From assembly GCA_963665125.2 (NCBI GenBank), contig CAXXUK010000001.1, positions 1,952,001 through 2,016,000 on the forward strand: 64,000 bases of DNA, given 5' to 3'. Below are positions 49,076 through 59,844 of the stretch, in pieces; positions within the stretch are counted from its first letter, which is position 1; each line of letters starts with the position of its first letter. Made by a program: the position numbers and the translations under genes. The notes below the pieces were generated by a model that was given only the letters and a program-made list of their open reading frames with translations, ran no database searches and was not told where the DNA came from. The stretch comes from an uncultured Desulfarculus sp. Lineage in GTDB: Bacteria; Desulfobacterota; Desulfarculia; Desulfarculales; Desulfarculaceae.

Positions 49076-49847
49076 ATTGTAATGCAAACTCAATTTTTAG
49101 CATGTTCGGCCCTGTTTTGACCAAGGCGAAGGTTGGTGCCGGGAAATTCAGCCGTCTATGTGGTTATGCCAAGTTCCGCGGAGCGCTGTGTCTGTAAACG
49201 GAATGTAACAAGGCAGGGCGCGAAAGCCTTCGCTGTCTGGTTGTTTGGGTCCGCCCCCGTCATCCATGCAACCTGGTGAATGATCTGAGGCATGGCGCGC
49301 CGGTAGTCTGGGGGCCTTGCCTCCGTTTTGGGAAGGCAGGCCACGCCAGGTCCCCGGCGGCGGAAAAAGCCTTGTAACCTAAACCCATTTCAGGCTGGAT
49401 TTGGCCGGGAGGGTTCGTTGTTCGGTGGACCGCGCAATTATTCGCCGGGATCATCATTCATGAGCATCTCAGCGGCCTCTTACGCTCCGGCTGGGCCTGG
49501 CCAACTACCTACAACAATTGGATTCGAGCGGAGGGGATTCAGCGAGAGCGGCGCGGATTTACACGCACCGGGTTAACAAGCCATTGCTCCCTAAACTTTT
49601 CGCAAATATAGGCAATCATGCTTGTCGGCTACCCCCACAGAGTCAACACTGCTGTGAATGAAGGTGGGATCGGTGAGTTAAAACCTGCCCAACTGAGTCT
49701 ACAGCTCACATTGCAAACAATTTTCACTTTGGCCGGCAGTATTAAGGACACTCGTCTTGAAGAGCCGTCACCGTTGCGTTGCCATGTTGTCATCCTGGCA
49801 TCAAATCAGTTCAGCGTCCCAAATTACCTTGTTATCTCAAATAGATA

Positions 49848-50184
49848 ATTACCATAGGCAACCATATCAGACAAAAAAGATTTGATTTGCGGCTTGAGCA
49901 GAAGGATGCGGCCCACCTTATCCAGGTATCGGAAAACATGATCTGGAATTGGGAAGCCAACCGAAAGGAACCGACAGTCAGGTAATCCGACTATCATGAA
50001 ATTCTTGGGCTACTGTCCTTGGGAGCCTAACCAGTCCTGGAAGCAATCACTCGAATGCCATCGAATCCATCAAGGGCTGACGCTGGAGCAGTTTGCCCAA
50101 CAGTTGGGTGTTGATCCGGGGACATTGGTTCGACAATTGACAAACGGGCCAACGGCGTATTTCAAAAAGAAGGTTGCGGGCTGA
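49848..50184 (+). pseudogene. Disrupted tandem XRE/Cro helix-turn-helix regulator
   Basis: ITIGNHIRQKRFDLRLEQKDAAHLIQVSENMIWNWEANRKEPTVR* then frameshift to IMKFLGYCPW..GLTLEQFAQQLGVDPGTL. Confidence 0.75.
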
Positions 50185-50820
50185 TGGAGCGCGGGGAGCA
50201 AGAGATTTGACAGAATCTTGGTACAGCAGGCCCATACCTTTACCCGGTGGAAGGACAGGTCATGATTTGGTGGGCGGCCACTGACACGGAAGGCTGCATG
50301 GCCTTGCGCCGGAAGATGAGACGGTCAAACAAGGCGGCTAACATTAATCAATCATTGATCCCGGCGGACCATCCTTTGGTGGCGCTTGTTGTTAGGCCCG
50401 GGGAGTCGGCCCTTCACCGCACTTCCCTCCGATCCGGTGATGTATGCGTCAGCGCCTTATTTTCATACAGGGTTTCCTCCGGCCTTGCAGACAGCCTGCA
50501 CGATTAAATTATTCTAAAAAAATAAGTACGTTCAAAAAATGATTCGCCATGTCCAATAATGCCACCAAAGCGGCTGTTATTTTTTGGGCCGTCCATCCAG
50601 GCGTTTGGAGCCGGCCCGGCGGCCCTGCGTCAGGGAGGCCGCACAAAACCGGCATGTCAGGCCTGGATGACCCGGTGGTTTGGCGGGCCCAAGGAATGTG
50701 GAGGCAATCGGCCCCTTTGGGGCAACAGGCCAGCCTTGCCGGCCTGTTGATTGACTTAACCGGTCCGGCGCTGCCTCCAAATTTGTCCAATCTTTTCTGC
50801 CATTGTAAGGGGACAACGAA

Positions 50821-52923
50821 ATGCGTATGCGAACATACGGCCCGATACTGTTTGTGGTGATGTTTGGATTTCTGGCCTGCGCCAACCTGGCCGCAGCCGA
50901 TAAGGGCCAGACCGGATCTCAGGATCACGACGCGCATAAGCTGGAGGCGGTGATGGTCACCGCGGATAAGACCACCAGCAAGGACGTGAATCAACTTCCC
51001 ATGAGCGTGTCCGCGTTTAGCGGGGATGAGTTGGACGACTACCAGATCAGCCAGGTCGACCAGTTGACCAATCTGATACCCAACGTCAACTATCTGAAAA
51101 TGAATAGCCATTGGACGGAGATCAACTTCCGGGGCATGGGGGCCATGAGCAACATGGTCTACACCAGCTACACCAGCCTGGACGGCGTTTCCATACCCTA
51201 TGGGGGCATTGACGCCTTTTTCGACGTACAGCGCGTCGAGATGGTGCGCGGCGGAGTGGGATCGCTCTTTGGCCGCAACACCCACGCCGGCCATCTCAAC
51301 ATCATCAGCAATGATCCCGGCGACGAATTGAATGCCAAAATCAGGGCCCGCTACGGCAGTTTTAATACTTATGAAGTCCAAGGCGCGGTGGGAGGCCCGG
51401 TCAGCGACAACCTTGGCTTCAGACTGGCGGCGCGTCTCACCGGCACCGACGGCTGGATCGAAAACGACTATTACCACCGCGACGACACCAACGACGGCAC
51501 CCAGGCCTCGGGCAGGGGCAAGATTGTCTTCAATCCCAGCGACACCTGCGGCTTAACCTTTTCCCTGAACGTAGACCGCTTTGATTCGGCCAACGACAAT
51601 TACGCCAACGTGGACAACGGCGGCACCATCCATACCCTAAATAATCTTTTAGGTCATGATGACGGATCAATGGTCTCGCCGGGCCTGCGCTTCAACAAGC
51701 GTTTCGGAGATCTTGAGTTGACCTCCATCACCGCCTATGTGGACACCAACTATGACATGCTGCTGGACCAGGACATGAGCCAACTCGACGCCATCATCCT
51801 GGGTTATCAGGAGGACTACCAGACAATCTCCGAGGAGTTGCGTCTGTCCACTACAGATCAGAATGCCGTTTGGCAATGGATGGGCGGACTGTATCTGATG
51901 CACCAAAAGGGCACCTATGATATGGACTTCAGCTTCGGCTCCCAGGCCGCGGTTTGGGGCGGAGTTCCGGGCATGTACCAAAAATCCTACTCCGAGCTGA
52001 CCACCGACAACGCGGCCCTGTTCGGCCAGGTCCAGTACCGGCCCTGGGCCAAGGTGGAATTGACCGCCGCCCTGAGAATGGATTGGGAAAGGATCAAGGT
52101 GGACTGGAACACCGCGTCCGGCATGAACGGGATTAAATACAGCTCGGATCAGTACGAAGACGAGGAAGATTGGCTGGCTTTCCTGCCCAGGGTGAGCGCC
52201 GCCTATGAGTTAATCCCGGAGCAAAGGATATACGCCACCATCTACCAAGGCTACCGCTCCGGGGCATTTAACGTACTCAGCACCAGCCGAGATGTAATCG
52301 AGCATCAAGTTGATCCGGAATACACCACAACCTATGAGGTCGGCTACAAGGCCGCATTGGCTGACAACCAACTCAACCTGCGCGCGGCGTTGTTTTATGT
52401 TGACTGGCGCGATATTCAACTATCGGTGGTCAAAGACGGCTTGGTAGTCCTGCAAAACGCCGGCAAGGCTCACAGTTACGGCTTGGAAACCGAAGTGAAT
52501 TGGCAACCGCTGCCCGGCCTGAACATTCTGGCCACGCTGGGGCTGATCTCAGCCGAATTTGATGAATACAACGGCCACTCCAGCGGCGAAGACCTCGCCG
52601 GCAACGACATTCCGAACACTCCCAACTTTAAATTCGCCCTGGGCTGCGTCTACCGCCACTCCAGCGGTCTGTTCGGCCAAGCAAACGCTTCCTGGATCGG
52701 CAAGAAATACCTGGAAGAGACCAATGGCTATGAACAGGATGCTTATCTAATGATGGACGCCAAGGTCGGTTATGAGGCCGAACACTGGGCCGTCTATCTC
52801 TGGGGCGAAAACCTGACCGACGAATTGTACGTGACGCGCGCCCTGGATTTCTACGGCACGGGTTACTACGGACGCACCGGCCAGCCGCTGGCGATGGGTG
52901 TCGAATTGGAATGGCGTTTTTAG
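50821..52923 (+). CDS. TonB-dependent receptor (FyuA-like siderophore class)
   Basis: Signal peptide, LEAVMVTA TonB box, RVEMVRG...LFGRN, GYRSGAFN, PE....YEVG.K, terminal WRF. Confidence 0.92.
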   Translation: MRMRTYGPILFVVMFGFLACANLAAADKGQTGSQDHDAHKLEAVMVTADKTTSKDVNQLPMSVSAFSGDELDDYQISQVDQLTNLIPNVNYLKMNSHWTEINFRGMGAMSNMVYTSYTSLDGVSIPYGGIDAFFDVQRVEMVRGGVGSLFGRNTHAGHLNIISNDPGDELNAKIRARYGSFNTYEVQGAVGGPVSDNLGFRLAARLTGTDGWIENDYYHRDDTNDGTQASGRGKIVFNPSDTCGLTFSLNVDRFDSANDNYANVDNGGTIHTLNNLLGHDDGSMVSPGLRFNKRFGDLELTSITAYVDTNYDMLLDQDMSQLDAIILGYQEDYQTISEELRLSTTDQNAVWQWMGGLYLMHQKGTYDMDFSFGSQAAVWGGVPGMYQKSYSELTTDNAALFGQVQYRPWAKVELTAALRMDWERIKVDWNTASGMNGIKYSSDQYEDEEDWLAFLPRVSAAYELIPEQRIYATIYQGYRSGAFNVLSTSRDVIEHQVDPEYTTTYEVGYKAALADNQLNLRAALFYVDWRDIQLSVVKDGLVVLQNAGKAHSYGLETEVNWQPLPGLNILATLGLISAEFDEYNGHSSGEDLAGNDIPNTPNFKFALGCVYRHSSGLFGQANASWIGKKYLEETNGYEQDAYLMMDAKVGYEAEHWAVYLWGENLTDELYVTRALDFYGTGYYGRTGQPLAMGVELEWRF

Positions 52924-52972
52924 CCGCTCGCTGAAATATGCCGGATTGCGTCCTTAAGAAAGGCTCTTTTAC

Positions 52973-53596
52973 ATGACCAACATATTGACCAAGTTCATCA
53001 ATTCAACCGCAAGGCGCCCCGAAGGCAAATGGGCCCGCCAATACTACGGCGAACCCAAGTCCCACATGAAATCCTTTGATCAGACTCTGGAGAGGCTCGA
53101 ACCCAGGCCCGATGACATCCATCTGGAGATTGGCTGCGGGGGGGGCTACTTTTTGGGCATGATTCAGCCGCGGGTGGCTCGGGTGGCGGCCCTGGACCAC
53201 AGCCCGGAGATGGTGGAGACGGCCCGGCAGGCCAACCGCCTGGCCGTGGACGCCGGGCTGGCCGAGATCGTCCAGGGCGACGCAGAGCACCTGCCCTGGC
53301 CGGACAACACCTTCACCTGTTCGGCCAACACCTCCATGTGGTTTTTTCTGGAGCGGCCCGGCCTGGTCCTGGCCGAACTGCACCGGGTGCTCAAGCCCGG
53401 CGGACGCCTGGTCATCACCACCATCCGCCGCTCATGGTTCAACCGCCTGGTCTGGGCCATTTACAGCCTGCGTCTCTACAGCAACCGGCAGATGGAGCAG
53501 ATGCTCCAAGAAAACGGCTTTTGTGATATCCGGGTGATCACCAAGGGCTTCGTGGGACAGATCGCCACGGCCTGCAAACCGGCGGACCAAATCTAG
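52973..53596 (+). CDS. Class I SAM-dependent methyltransferase
   Basis: LEIGCGGG, LDHS, GDAE.LPW, RVLKPGG. Confidence 0.9.
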   Translation: MTNILTKFINSTARRPEGKWARQYYGEPKSHMKSFDQTLERLEPRPDDIHLEIGCGGGYFLGMIQPRVARVAALDHSPEMVETARQANRLAVDAGLAEIVQGDAEHLPWPDNTFTCSANTSMWFFLERPGLVLAELHRVLKPGGRLVITTIRRSWFNRLVWAIYSLRLYSNRQMEQMLQENGFCDIRVITKGFVGQIATACKPADQI

Positions 53597-53613
53597 GCGG
53601 AAGCAGGCCAACC

Positions 53614-54831
53614 ATGCACGCGCACAAAAAATACATTTTGCTCTCGGGCCTTTATATCTCGCAAACCCTGCCCGGGCATTTTTTCAACAATGTGTTTCCG
53701 GTGATAATGCGCAGCCAGGGGGCCAGCCTGGCCAGTATCGGTTTTTTGCAGATTATCGCCCTGCCTTGGCTGATCAAGTTTATGTGGGCTCCCCTGGTGG
53801 ACCGGGCGACAGGCCCCGGCGGACGTTACGCCAGGGCCATCGTGTTGTTGCAGCTCATGTTTTGCCTGAGCACGGCAAGCCTGGCCTTCATGGGGCTGGA
53901 GCGTCACCTGCCCCTGGTGCTGGGTCTGATGACCCTGTCCTACGTCTTCGCCGCCACCCAGGATATCGCCACCGATGCCCTGGCCGTGCGTTTGTTGGAC
54001 GAGGAACAAAGGGGCCCCGGCAACGCCGCCCAAACCGGCGGCAACATGCTGGGAGCCCTGTTGGGCTCCGGCGGGGGGCTTATCCTTTACCAATATATGG
54101 GGTGGGCCGGGGTGATGCTGGCCATGGCCGGGGTTCTGTTGCTGCCGCTGGCCCCCTTGGGCTGGCTGGAGCCCTCCATCCCCATGCGCGGCAGCGGCTT
54201 TGGCGCCGGCGCCCCCATGGGCTTGTTGGGGTTTTTCCGGCAGCAAGGAGCCGGGCGCTGGTCCCTGATGATGCTGGCCTCCTACGGCGGCAGCATGGCT
54301 TGCATCACGATGGCCAAACCCCTGATGGTTGATCTGGGTTTTTCAGCGTTACGCATCGGCCTATTGACCGGCATTTACGGCGTGGGCGTGGGCCTGTTGG
54401 GTGCGGTGGCAGCAGGCTGGCTGATTCCCAAACTGGGCCGCCGGGCCACCCTGCGCGGCGGTTGTCTGCTAAACACCCTGGCCGCCCTGGGCATGTTGCC
54501 CCTGGCCCAGGGCTTTTGCGCCACATCCTATCTGTTGCCGGCCATAGGGCTGGGCAGCATCGGATTTGCCGCCACCATGACAGCCGTCAACACCATTGCC
54601 ATGGACTTCACCCGGCCTGGCCACGAAGGCACGGACTACAGCCTGCAGATAGCCATCTCCATGATCGGCGGCGGTGTGATAATGGGCCTTGGCGGCTGGC
54701 TTACCCAGGAAGTGGGTTATTTCAATATGTTTTTACTCTGCGCCGCACTTTGTCTGGCAGCCGCGGTCCTGGTCTCGCCGCTCTACAGCCGCCCACGGGC
54801 CGCAGCTCCGAGAGAGGCGCCGAGCGTATGA
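53614..54831 (+). CDS. MFS transporter, AmpG/RhtX/FptX family
   Basis: LPW.IKF.WAPLVD, ATQDIATDALA, GTDYSLQ. Confidence 0.9.
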   Translation: MHAHKKYILLSGLYISQTLPGHFFNNVFPVIMRSQGASLASIGFLQIIALPWLIKFMWAPLVDRATGPGGRYARAIVLLQLMFCLSTASLAFMGLERHLPLVLGLMTLSYVFAATQDIATDALAVRLLDEEQRGPGNAAQTGGNMLGALLGSGGGLILYQYMGWAGVMLAMAGVLLLPLAPLGWLEPSIPMRGSGFGAGAPMGLLGFFRQQGAGRWSLMMLASYGGSMACITMAKPLMVDLGFSALRIGLLTGIYGVGVGLLGAVAAGWLIPKLGRRATLRGGCLLNTLAALGMLPLAQGFCATSYLLPAIGLGSIGFAATMTAVNTIAMDFTRPGHEGTDYSLQIAISMIGGGVIMGLGGWLTQEVGYFNMFLLCAALCLAAAVLVSPLYSRPRAAAPREAPSV

Positions 54832-56627
54832 ATCCGCAAGAAGACCACCCTGCATCCGAGCTTTCCTTGGGCTGGATTTTTCGCCACAACAGAGTCGCCC
54901 TGGCTTTTGCCCTGTTTTGGTCCGTACTGTCCGAGGCGGCTGGCTTTCTAATTATTGCCGCTGTGTGTCTGGCGGTCTTTTGGGCCATTGACGGCACTTT
55001 TACGACCCAAGGAATGGCGAAAGCCCTTTGGTTGGCCGCCTGGCTGGTGGGAGCTATTGTTATCAAGGGGTTGGGAGCGTACCTGTCCACAGCGTCAGCT
55101 CACAAAGTGGCCTTTGAGTTTCTAAGGCAGACCCGCTGGCGCCTGGCCAAACACCTCGCTGAATTGCCCCTGGGCGCCTTTGACCAGCACAATACAGGCC
55201 AGATGAAGAAAATTCTGTGGGAGGACGTGGAGCGCCTGGAGGCTTTCATTGCCCACAACATCCCCGATGTCTTGGCGTCGGCCATCAACTTGGCCTTGGC
55301 GGCCGGATTGCTCATTGCTTTGGATTGGCGAGTCGGCCTTGCCGCCGTGGGGGTGGCTTTGGGCTGCGTTGCGGCCTACGGTATGGCCACCGGCAGGCAC
55401 CGTGAGCTGTACAAGCGGTGGTGCCTGGCCAACGAAGACCTCAACGCTGCCATGATCGAATACATCCAAGGCATGCCGGCCATCAAGGCCTTTAACAGGC
55501 CCTCGCATTTTTTCGCCGCCCTGGGCCGGGCCATTGACCTTTGCGCCAGCCTGGAAAAGGAGTTGGCAGCCAAATGGTACTGGCCCATGACCGTTTTTTC
55601 GGTGGGCTCACGGGCCTGCCTTGTAGCCATCTTGCCTTTGGGAGGCTGGCTGTACCTGCAAGGGGACGTTTCCGCCGGTGTGTTGATCTTGCTGATGCTG
55701 CTTGGCCTGCACTTTGGGTCCGGTTTTTTGTCCCTGATTTTCTTTGGGGCCAGCATGGAGCAAAACGAAGCAGGCATCAGCCGCATAAACGCCCTGTTGG
55801 CCAGCCCGGCCATGCCCGAGCCGGTCCATGGCCTTGAGCCCAATGGCGTCCTGAATGGGCATGAATTGACATTTTCCTATCCGCATGGCCCCATGGCCCT
55901 GCGAGGCGTTGACTTTTCGGCCAGGGCCGGTGGAATGTTGGCCCTGGTGGGCCCGTCCGGATCGGGCAAGACCACCCTGGCCCGGCTCATGGCCCGTTTT
56001 TGGGACCCGGACCAAGGTCAGGTGCTGTTCGGCAAGGTGGACGCCAGGCAAATCCAATGGCCCCGCCTGATGCGGTGGATTGCGTTCGTGTTTCAAGACG
56101 CCCATCTTTTCAGCGGCACCATTGCCGAAAACATTGCCATGGGCGCTCCGGAGGCAGGCCGTCCGGAGATCGAGGCCCGCGCCCGCCAGGCCCAATGCCA
56201 TGAGTTCATTGCCCGTCTGCCCCAGGGCTATGACACCCTCATCGGCGAGGGGGGCGTGCGGCTTTCCGGAGGCGAGGCCCAGCGGGTGTGTATAGCCAGG
56301 GCCCTGCTCAAGGACGCGCCGGTGGTCATCCTGGACGAGGCGACCTCGTTTCTGGACCCCCTCTGCGAGGCCCAGGTGCAACAGGCCGTCTCGCGTCTGT
56401 GCCAGGGCAAGACCGTGGTGGTGATCGCGCACCGCCTGGAGACCGTGACCGCCGTGGATCAGATAATCGTATTGGAACGGGGAAGGGCCGTGGCCCGGGG
56501 AACCCACGGCCAATTGCTGGAGCAAAGTCCGCTTTACGCCAAGCTGTGGGCCTCCCGGCAAGAAGCCGCATCCTGGAAGGCGAGCCCGGCGGGCCTTGTG
56601 ACAAACCTGCCCCTAGGTGAGTTGTAG
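54828..56627 (+). CDS. Fused ABC transporter (YbtP/IrtA-like)
   Basis: TMD with EYIQGM, GPSGSGKT, LSGGEAQR, LDEAT, IAHRL; ATGA overlap. Confidence 0.9.
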   Translation: MNPQEDHPASELSLGWIFRHNRVALAFALFWSVLSEAAGFLIIAAVCLAVFWAIDGTFTTQGMAKALWLAAWLVGAIVIKGLGAYLSTASAHKVAFEFLRQTRWRLAKHLAELPLGAFDQHNTGQMKKILWEDVERLEAFIAHNIPDVLASAINLALAAGLLIALDWRVGLAAVGVALGCVAAYGMATGRHRELYKRWCLANEDLNAAMIEYIQGMPAIKAFNRPSHFFAALGRAIDLCASLEKELAAKWYWPMTVFSVGSRACLVAILPLGGWLYLQGDVSAGVLILLMLLGLHFGSGFLSLIFFGASMEQNEAGISRINALLASPAMPEPVHGLEPNGVLNGHELTFSYPHGPMALRGVDFSARAGGMLALVGPSGSGKTTLARLMARFWDPDQGQVLFGKVDARQIQWPRLMRWIAFVFQDAHLFSGTIAENIAMGAPEAGRPEIEARARQAQCHEFIARLPQGYDTLIGEGGVRLSGGEAQRVCIARALLKDAPVVILDEATSFLDPLCEAQVQQAVSRLCQGKTVVVIAHRLETVTAVDQIIVLERGRAVARGTHGQLLEQSPLYAKLWASRQEAASWKASPAGLVTNLPLGEL

Positions 56628-56628
56628 T

Positions 56629-58398
56629 ATGTTCGGTGCATTAAAATTTTTATGGGAACTGGCCCCGCAGTGCCGCCGGGAATTTCTGCTGGCCTCGTTG
56701 TTGAAGTTGCTGGAGGCCGTGGCCAACACGGCCGGGCTGGCCATTTTCCTTTTTGTCATGGCCGATGTATTGACCGGCGGACTGACGGGTCAGGCCCTGG
56801 CGTTTTATTCGGGGCTGTTTGCGGCCTGCCTTGCGGCCCAGCTTGTGCTGTTCTATCTGTTTTGCCGCATGGCCTACCCGGCCGGGGTGGAGCTTGCCAC
56901 GGTGCTGCGCCTCAAGCTGGGGGCACACCTGCCCAAGCTTTCCCTGGGCTTTTTCAGTTCCGCCAGCGCGGGGCGCTTGAGCTCGGTGGCGGCCGACGAG
57001 TTGATGATGAGCGAGCATTTGCCCACGATGGTGCTGCCTCAGATCATAACGGCGGCGGCCATCCCAATGCTGACCCTGGGCCTGATCTGCTGGTTTGACT
57101 GGCGGCTGGGTCTTGCGGCCATGGCCGTATTGCCCTTTGCGTTGTGGTTGTTCCGCCGGGGCCAAGGATCGCTGAGCGTTCAGTTGGAGCGGCGGGCCCG
57201 TCTTTCCCGGGAGTTGAACCAACAATTGGTTGAGTACATCCAGGGAATGGAGACCCTGCGGGCTTACGACAGAACCGGCATGTACCTGGCCGGGCTGGGT
57301 GAGCTGTTTGCGGTTTTCAGGGATCAAAATACAACATTGGCCCGTAGTGCGCCGGTGTATATGTTGGGAGGCAGCGCCATCCTGGCCTTGGCCCCGGTGG
57401 CGGTGCTGATCCCGGGGTGTTATCTGCTGCTGGGAGGACAAATCACGGCTGCCACTTTGGTGTCGTGCCTGGTCATTGGCCTGTATTCCTATGAACCCAT
57501 CAAGGGTATGGGCTTGGCCGTGGAGATGTACAAATTATGCGAGCCCGGGTTGGCCGAACTGAAAAAGGTGCTGGATACGCCCGCCCTGCCTACGCCGCCG
57601 TCCCCCAAATCACCCCGGAACCATGACATCACCATCAAGGATGTCAGCTTCTCCTATGGCTCCCGCAGGGTGTTCAACAAGATTTCTTTCACGGCCAAGG
57701 CGGGTGAACTCACCGCCCTTGTGGGGCCGTCAGGGGCTGGCAAAAGCACTTTGATCAACCTGGTGGCCCGGATGTGGGATGTTGAACAAGGCGCGGTGTT
57801 GATCGGCGGGGTGGACATCCGCCAGATAGACCCGGCGGAACTGAACAAGGCCGTAAGCATGGTTTTCCAGGACGTGCGCCTGTTCAATGACACCGTTTTC
57901 AGCAACATCGCCCTGGGCCGGGAGGGGGCAAGCCGCCAAGAGGTGCTGGAGGCGGCCCAAAAGGCCGGCGCCCATGAATTTATCATGGATCTACCCGAGC
58001 AATACGAGACCATGATCGGCGAGGGGGGCGGCCGCCTTTCCCGGGGTCAAAGCCAGCGCATCGCCATTGCCAGGGCCCTGCTCAAGGACTCGCCCATCTT
58101 GTTATTGGACGAAGCCACCGCCTCGTTGGACCCGGAAAATCAAGGCGCTGTCCAAAAAGCCTTGGTTTCGCTGGTGCAGGATCGGACCGTGGTGGTCATT
58201 GCCCATCGCCTGGAGACAATAACCGGGGCCGATTCCATTGTGGTACTCGATGGCGGCGGTTCGGCAACGGCCATAGGGCGTCATTCTGATTTACTGAGGG
58301 ATTGCCCGTTGTATCGCGGCCTTTGGGAAGCCAGAATGCGGGCTGGCGGCTGGCGGCTCGGCTATGGAAGGACAGAGGTGGACTCGGAGTGTGGCTGA
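56629..58398 (+). CDS. Fused ABC transporter (YbtQ/IrtB-like)
   Basis: EYIQGM, GPSGAGKS, LSRGQSQR, LDEATASLDPEN, IAHRL. Confidence 0.9.
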   Translation: MFGALKFLWELAPQCRREFLLASLLKLLEAVANTAGLAIFLFVMADVLTGGLTGQALAFYSGLFAACLAAQLVLFYLFCRMAYPAGVELATVLRLKLGAHLPKLSLGFFSSASAGRLSSVAADELMMSEHLPTMVLPQIITAAAIPMLTLGLICWFDWRLGLAAMAVLPFALWLFRRGQGSLSVQLERRARLSRELNQQLVEYIQGMETLRAYDRTGMYLAGLGELFAVFRDQNTTLARSAPVYMLGGSAILALAPVAVLIPGCYLLLGGQITAATLVSCLVIGLYSYEPIKGMGLAVEMYKLCEPGLAELKKVLDTPALPTPPSPKSPRNHDITIKDVSFSYGSRRVFNKISFTAKAGELTALVGPSGAGKSTLINLVARMWDVEQGAVLIGGVDIRQIDPAELNKAVSMVFQDVRLFNDTVFSNIALGREGASRQEVLEAAQKAGAHEFIMDLPEQYETMIGEGGGRLSRGQSQRIAIARALLKDSPILLLDEATASLDPENQGAVQKALVSLVQDRTVVVIAHRLETITGADSIVVLDGGGSATAIGRHSDLLRDCPLYRGLWEARMRAGGWRLGYGRTEVDSECG

Positions 58399-58410
58399 GA
58401 AATACCGGCC

Positions 58411-59415
58411 TCAACCGCGCCGGGAGCGGCGAAACTCGCCCGGCGTGACCCCGAAATGCCTCTTGAAGCAGCGGTTGAGATGGCTTTGGTCGCTGAAACC
58501 GGACCGCAAGGCAACCTCGGCGAGGGGGCAGCCGCTGTCCAACAACTCCTTGGCCTTATGCAGGCGGGCCTGGCGCAGCCATTCAAAGGCGGTCAGGCCG
58601 CAGGTCTGTTTAAAGCAGCGGTTGAGTTTGCTGTGGCTCATGCCGGCTTCGCGGGACATGTCCAACAGGGATGGCGGGTTCTGAAGGTTGGTTCTGAGCA
58701 TTTCCAACGCCCGTTGAACACCGGCCTTGTCGGCGCTGTCCATGGCCCGGACCGGGCAGGAGGAGCCTGGAGATTGGATAAGCTGCTCAATTTGAAGGCT
58801 GAGCAGTTCAAGGGCCTTGGCCTCGGCATACAGACCGGCGCATGGCGCCCCCTGGCGGATGGACAGAATGTCGTGCAGCACGCCGTTCATGCGGGCCGTT
58901 ATGGTAGAGGGCAGTACAAAACCGGAGCAAGACGGCCCGCCCCGGGCCAGGTCCCGTAACTGGCAGGGCAGACACGGGAGGGCTTCTCCGGCCAACTCAC
59001 CGAAAAGCTGGGGTGAAACATCCACAGCGACGGCAAGGACTTGGCAATTTGCCTGGTAGTGACCCTGGGAATTGGTGTGGGGAAGGTACATGACCCCGCC
59101 GTTGCCGGCCCCATTCGGAGCGTTGAAAAAGCACCTTTGTCCCTGGTATACCACCGTATGCATGTGCCCCTTGATCAGATAACCAAAATGAATGGGAGCG
59201 GTCTCGCGCGAAAAAAACAGGGTCATGTCCTGTTTGGGCCGGAAGTCCTGGACAGTTAGCTCCAATCCCTCCCGCAGGGATAAATACGCCAGGGACTCAA
59301 CGGCCGTTTCGGTTTGGCACTCGCCTCCGGTCCTGCCCATGCATCCCCGTAGATCGGCGGATTGCGCTGTTGATTGCCCTTTTGATGCGTATTTGAACGT
59401 AGTATTGGAAGCCAT
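58411..59415 (-). CDS. AraC family regulator (PchR/YbtA-like)
   Basis: EAKALELL, NPPSL..SREAGMS..KLNRCFK, GFSDQSHL.R.FK..FG.TP. Confidence 0.92.
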   Translation of the reverse strand: MASNTTFKYASKGQSTAQSADLRGCMGRTGGECQTETAVESLAYLSLREGLELTVQDFRPKQDMTLFFSRETAPIHFGYLIKGHMHTVVYQGQRCFFNAPNGAGNGGVMYLPHTNSQGHYQANCQVLAVAVDVSPQLFGELAGEALPCLPCQLRDLARGGPSCSGFVLPSTITARMNGVLHDILSIRQGAPCAGLYAEAKALELLSLQIEQLIQSPGSSCPVRAMDSADKAGVQRALEMLRTNLQNPPSLLDMSREAGMSHSKLNRCFKQTCGLTAFEWLRQARLHKAKELLDSGCPLAEVALRSGFSDQSHLNRCFKRHFGVTPGEFRRSRRG

Positions 59416-59844
59416 TTATTTAATTGATAAATTACCTTCTTTGCAGCAATCCCGGCCAGGGGTGCTGTAAAGAAGCGGTTGATAATCCGGCGGAGCAGTT
59501 TATCCATTACTATTAAATTAGAATAAACATACATATTATTAAATAACTAATCAAGCCTTTGTCATCCGCCAAGCCGCTCGCGGCAATTTGAAGATGTCCA
59601 AAATTTCCAGTAAGGAGCTGATAGACGGCCCTGATCGGCCTCTGGGTTGGGTTTTCATTTTTGCGGACCAAAGCGGGAAAACGGTCACAAAGGCTCAGGA
59701 TCCCGCCGGGCTTTCCCTATAAGCCTGGATAGAATCAATGGTTCCCGGCCCTGCAATGGCCGGCGTTTCTCCCCAGGCGCCCTTGCCGCGCCCGGGGAGC
59801 ATGTCCCCGGCTGTGCACAAAGCTTCAAGCCGGTGAGCTGGCCA

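Noticed and set aside
54462..54827. N-terminal extension of the ABC transporter ORF
   Set aside because: Overlaps the MFS gene; ATGA coupling at 54828 gives the likely start
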